From the NCBI GenBank assembly GCA_949358305.1, contig OX442314.1, positions 15,624,001 to 15,688,000 on the forward strand: a stretch of DNA of 64,000 nt, read 5' to 3'. Source of the DNA: Strigamia acuminata. Lineage: Eukaryota. Below the pieces are notes generated by a model. The model saw only the letters and a list, made by a program, of their open reading frames with translations. It did not search any database and had not been told where the DNA came from. This document shows, piece by piece, positions 58,927 through 64,000 of this stretch. How positions within the stretch are numbered: position 1 is the first letter of the stretch; every line of letters starts with the position of its first letter. Position numbers and translations under genes: made by a program.

Positions 58927-61900
58927 CTAATTCAAAAGTAGAAGAAAAAAAAGAATTGATAAATAACACTAACCTTACAAATTCGTAAATTGTACATTTG
59001 TAAAATAAAAATCGACTTCATTCTCGACTGATGCATTAAAACTAGACATTTCTTAGTTGTGTGTTGTGTGTGTGCTCTTTGCGCATTTCAACTCATTTAA
59101 ACTAAAAAATTTAAACATTCCAGACGTTCTAATAATTTAACCATGTTTAAAAACTAGTGTCAGTTCATGCATGCGTAAATACTTAATGAACCCAGCTAAT
59201 GTGCTATAATTTAAACTCTACTGCAACTCTTTCGCTTCCAATTACTTTCACTTTTTATATTCCAAAACGCCCTCCCAATTAGCATGGATTACACTTTTAA
59301 TATCTTTAACCTTAATATAATTATACATCCAATACCAAAAATTGTTGACATCAAAATTATTTCCGGCCTCACATATTACTTCCGTAATTCCGCCCATTAA
59401 AATTAAAAATTTATTTTCTTTTCTAACAAAACAAGAACAATAGAAACAGCAACAAAGATCGATCTATCAATTTACAAAAGGGGCGGAGAGGAGACAAGAA
59501 AATGTGAAAATGAAAGAAAAAAAGAAAATAAAAAAAGGCCTTTCTGACAGTCTCATCTATATTCACACGCAAGATCGAAGCCGAACCTCAGTTCAGTTCA
59601 AAAAAATATCTACAAAAAAAATAAAGAATATTCACAACACATCAAATTCATTCTTCTCATTTCAAGTAAACTCACGTTGCGTCCAAAAGGACTTTCAATT
59701 GATTTGCCGGCTGCCGCTTCATTTCTTCTTCCACGCACGAAACCAAAGACAACTTTCCCACCACAAAACTATCCCTACGTTTACACTCAACAACTTTTTT
59801 TCTTTATATCAAATTATATGTAAAAGCAAAAAAATAAAATAAAATCACAAGTAAAAATTTATTGACCAATACGAAAATCAAAAAGAAATCGGCAACTCGG
59901 TCCAAAAGCAAATTTGCCAAAATTTCTCTTATTCTCCTTTGATTTCCCCGAGGAAGAACCGGCACTAGGTCGTCCAATTTTTTTCACTTTGCGGATCGTA
60001 AAAAGTGCAACTTTGGGTTAAAAAATCCCGGTAGATATTTAGGATTCTCCTAAGAGTCTGCGATGCGATAACTGAGGTTGAAAAAACGAGAGTCAAACGA
60101 GCTGCAGATAGAAAGAATCGTAAAATTCAGCCAATGTTTGGCTCGGCAATAGAAAGCCTGCAGCTGGACCTTGCTGAGGTGTTTGGAATGTGCTAAATGG
60201 ATATTGCCACGAGCTAAAAGCAAACTGCACACACACACATTTCAAACGGCTCGTAAATATATTTACGTTACCTGCATTCTTAAAGTATTTACTACGAGCG
60301 AAGCCAGAGCTTTTTAAACTTTCTCATCTTCAAAATATTTAATCCGACGATCTGTACCCGCGTGTATTATTCACAAATGCTCTTCATGCATCGCAGTAAT
60401 TCGTTACATATAACCTCTATGTTTCTCTTAGCAAAGATCGCACCTATATTTAATAATGTAAACGGCGTAAATTGCGTGTGTCCACCAACTAAACCTACAA
60501 AGTCCGCCCTCTAATTGGCAATGAAGTCTTGTCATTAGCTTGTTCAGCTAAGGCATTTTCTCATCTTCTAATTGAAATTCGGGTGCCCATTGAGTCATAC
60601 TAATTTGCCAAATGTTTCGGCTTATGAGCCACTTGCTCCCCCTTCGTTGCGTTACATCAATACAAACTACAATTAACAACACCAGAACGTAGTCAGGAAA
60701 AAGACCTTTAATGACTATTTAACAACACCAAAATGAATGTAGAAAACCTCCAATGTTAAAATAATGATTTGAATATTTAAATAACTATTCATGGGATCAG
60801 GGTTCAACACTTGAAAACCACATGTGCTTCGTAAAGTTTTAAAATTATTGATATTTTTAATGTAATTTATATCGCCTACTTGAATCATAATTTCTACATT
60901 TCATTTACCATTCATTTAAATATATATATCGTTAAGATAACCAAGAAATATAAAAGTGGTTTATGAATGATCAATTTATTAAAATGTTAATTGGGTAAAA
61001 ATTACCATTGGTACAGTAATTTTTAGCGTTTTGATTGTATTAAAAACGGCTTTTCTAATCTCTAAAAACTTTTTGTATCAGTGTGTAGCTCTTGGTCTAA
61101 TTTACTGCCCTTTTTACTGTAACACCGAATTTTTGCTGCGAGTCGTCCCAGTATAACACTACTTCAACGAAACGACCGCAACGTCGACGTGACTAAACTA
61201 CTGCAGTCATTTTGAACGCAATGTCGATGTTATTTGTAGGTACATTTCAGGGATTTGATGGGAAACACTAATGAAATTTGTGGGGAATGGGGAAATTTGG
61301 GTGGAATAGGGGCAGGAGATGGCGCGACAGAATGAATGAGAATGGACGCGAGATATCGTCTGGGCACAAGATTAAATGACAAATTTAATATTTCTTAATT
61401 ATTTTGTGTTTACAAAAAAAAAAAAAAAAAAAAAAATCTACTGCAAAATTCATGAAATTCTTTTAGTTAAAACTGCTGACAAAAAGAAATAACTTTAGCC
61501 CATGCAATTCTAATAAGCCAGCCCTAATTACTTTTACATATATATTGTTCCAAATTTTCAAAGACAGCATGTGAACTTAATTGGAAATGTAGTCCGGTAT
61601 AAAATAAAAGAAATAAATTTTAAAAAGAAATGAAACTTTGAACGAAACTTCGAAATTGCCATATCATTAATACGAAATGATGATTCATACAAGGCAGCTG
61701 GTGGCTCGCGTCTGATATTCCATCAAACAGATTCAACAAATATTGCATGCAGTGATTTATAGTACCCAAAATAAAATAATAAAAAATCGACTCGCATCCA
61801 CTTATCAATCCGTTAAAAATTTGCTTACTCCTGCAACGACAAACCTTATCACTGCAGATAAGGAAAATTGGCAAATAACGTCGAAATATTTAATAATTCG

Positions 61901-63244
61901 AGCAATCAGTTGTGATTAATAACATTTTATATTGCAATACCATAGTACACTCGTTGTAACCACGCGATATATCAGTTTTCTTTGTGTTGTTACTCTCGGT
62001 GGAATTCTCCCAAATATAATCCTACTATGATATATGATCGGCTGTTGTCGTGTCGTATTATAAGCAAAACCATAAACTTAAATCAATTAAAAATTCGATT
62101 GCAACTTTTAATGTGAAATGTTTAAAACATTTCGTTACATTTGACTGATCTTACCGAAAACGTGCCAACAGTCGTCACCAGACCATTTTTTTAAAAATAA
62201 ATTTTATTGGCACTATCAAGGTAAACTTAAACCTCAACCATAAAATGTCGTGATTATTATAAGCACACAAAGTAATTATTTCCCAGTCAAAACGAATTCT
62301 CCCAAAGCGAGAAATTCACATTCGCATTAGCAAAATTGATGCCAATTTCTCAGCACACATAGCGTCAAGCCGAATGACGTCAAAGCCTTCACTTAGGGAT
62401 GAACTTGTCACTATGTGAGAAATGAGGCAAGCGGAGCTAGGCATGCGAAGCAAATAAATAATAAAACGTGAGACGCAAAGCGCTTGATGGCGGGGGTCGA
62501 ACGTATACCGCGCCCGCTGCAGCCATTAGCACGCATATTACGTTACTGCTGATAACACCGGGCTTTCCGTCTCAAAACATCAGCACACATTTCTTCATTG
62601 CTACGTCGACTACCTTCTGCACTTTGTGGTGACCACGAGGTCACAGAAGTGTTTAATAATTTTATAACATGGTAAAAAGTGTTTTTAGTATTTACAATAA
62701 TTAATCGCCAGATTATTACGGGAAAACTAGCAATACTAGTTTTACCGTTTCTGCGGAATCAACATGATGACGTCAGCCATTTTGCATAATTCTCCGAATT
62801 TATGCAAATACGTCATTTCCGGTCATTAGGGGGTATTTAAACCCGTGTTTTGACCGGAAGCGCCACACAGATATATCGCAGCAACAGTAGCATCACACCT
62901 CACCTTTCAGGCCGAACACCACGGATTGATAGAGGACCGATGCCAGTTGCCCAAGTCATCTGTAACACCAAGCCAAAGATATTTGTCGTAGCAAAACTAC
63001 GACCGAAATATCTCACCATCGCTGAAGCGTTTTGCGAACACGTGTTTTGCCAGGACGCCATTAACCCTAGACAACCAGAAGCCACGTGTAAGACTGCCGT
63101 GCAGCAACAAATCGTATCCGCCGACAAGGATCCGAGACCACAACATTGTTAAGTATTATTATTATATTACAAGTGTGAAATAAAAAGGTTATTTGTAAGA
63201 TATTTGTGTAAAGTTTATTTACCGGAAACCAAGGTTACGACACG

Positions 63245-63262
63245 TGGGGGTCTGTCCGGGAT
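63245..63262 (+). promoter_or_regulatory. Primer-binding site, tRNA-Pro-like
   Basis: TGGGGGTCTGTCCGGGAT matches the canonical tRNA-Pro PBS TGGGGGCTCGTCCGGGAT at 15/18 and lies 2 nt after the LTR-terminal CA. Confidence 0.65.
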
Positions 63263-63327
63263 AGTTTGACTAATCAGACTATTTAAATAAACATATCTTA
63301 CGGTTTGGAATTTACAAACTATCGAAA

Positions 63328-64000
63328 ATGCCGAAAAGCGGAAAGAATCGAAATCCTTCGACCGCAAGCGCCCGAAGAAAAGCCATGGAATCAGCCAAGG
63401 CAAGGGCCGAAGCATTGGCTAGCCCAGCGTTAGATAAATTACCGCCGGAATCGACGAAAAGAAATACGATTGGAAAAACACCAATCGATAAAAACAACGC
63501 CGATAAATTACCGCCGGAATCGACAAAAAGAAATACGATTGGAAAAACACCAATTGATAAAAATAACGCCAAAAAAACGTCTGTCGGACAAACACCGATT
63601 GGAAAAACTCCAAACCACGCCGGAAAAACGTCTATCGGACAAACACCGATCGGAAAAACGCCGAATCACGTCGAAAAAACGTCTGTCGGCAAAACACCGA
63701 TCGAAAAAACTCCGAAACCATCGAACAAGAATACGCAACCCGACTTTACGGAAACGATAGAAGAAGAATCCGACAAGGATGAAAATGGGTTTAGCCTGTT
63801 CGATAGAGACGACGACGGAACTCAACGCAATCGAGTAACCATTCAACACGGCTATAATTCAACGCGATCCCAGATTAATCGATGCAGAGAAGCATACGAA
63901 ATCGCCCGATTAATGGGAATCCCGTACGACGAAGAAGGGGATCCGCTGGCCCAATTGGACATGGTACTCCGGCTGACAAGAGAACGGGCAGAAAAAAGAG
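63328..64000 (+). CDS. ORF1/gag-like N-terminus of element 3, open to the window end (224 codons)
   Basis: ATG at 63328 with no stop before 64000: MPKSGKNRNPSTASARRKAMESAKARAEALASPALDKLPPESTKRNTIGKTPIDKNNA... Absent from the ORF track because no stop is reached. Confidence 0.7.
   Translation, partial: MPKSGKNRNPSTASARRKAMESAKARAEALASPALDKLPPESTKRNTIGKTPIDKNNADKLPPESTKRNTIGKTPIDKNNAKKTSVGQTPIGKTPNHAGKTSIGQTPIGKTPNHVEKTSVGKTPIEKTPKPSNKNTQPDFTETIEEESDKDENGFSLFDRDDDGTQRNRVTIQHGYNSTRSQINRCREAYEIARLMGIPYDEEGDPLAQLDMVLRLTRERAEKR

Larger units (their letters stand above)
62625..64000 (+). mobile_element. 5' part of a probable Ty3/Gypsy-like LTR retrotransposon (element 3), truncated by the window edge
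   Basis: Putative LTR 62625-63242 bounded by imperfect inverted ends TGTGGTGACC...GGTTACGACA (8/10). TATA-like TATTTAAA at 62834 and AATAAA at 63179. A 2-nt spacer is followed by a PBS-like 18-mer and an open ORF. The second LTR and pol are not visible, so the superfamily is inferred. Confidence 0.75.

Noticed and set aside
60266..60330. Minus-strand donor CAG|GTAAC as candidate signal-peptide exon
   Set aside because: The phase-1 frame has a stop about 15 codons upstream and no hydrophobic stretch; a non-coding exon cannot be excluded.
62850..63152. 100-aa ORF near the right edge
   Set aside because: Lies inside the putative LTR of element 3, starts at TTG, and has no motif.

Overview
AT-rich animal (most likely arthropod) genomic DNA. 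The minus strand carries most of a Dscam-family gene. I assembled 24 coding exons by hand (58926 down to 3183; 3994 nt, about 1330 codons). Every junction is phase-compatible. They encode Ig1-Ig9, FNIII-1 to FNIII-4 and the first half of Ig10. The signal-peptide exon and the C-terminal exons were not found in the window. The Ig2-N, Ig3-N and Ig7 exons, which form alternative arrays in insect/crustacean Dscam1, appear single-copy here. One intron is probably GC-AG. Two very young, full-length Bel/Pao LTR retrotransposons sit in introns (26786-32852 on +, intact ORF; 45504-51861 on -, one frameshift). The 5' end of a third, Gypsy-like LTR element runs off the right edge. Several TIR-bounded non-autonomous elements (two nested pairs), minisatellites and two probable LINE remnants are also present. 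The most unusual signal is in the cis-ends of the two Bel/Pao elements. Both have a C-rich tract where the polypurine tract should be (a pure C10 run in one). Both right ends extend past the canonical CA and finish in AA; this is clear for element 2 and ambiguous for element 1. All comparisons were made by eye and no database searches were run.
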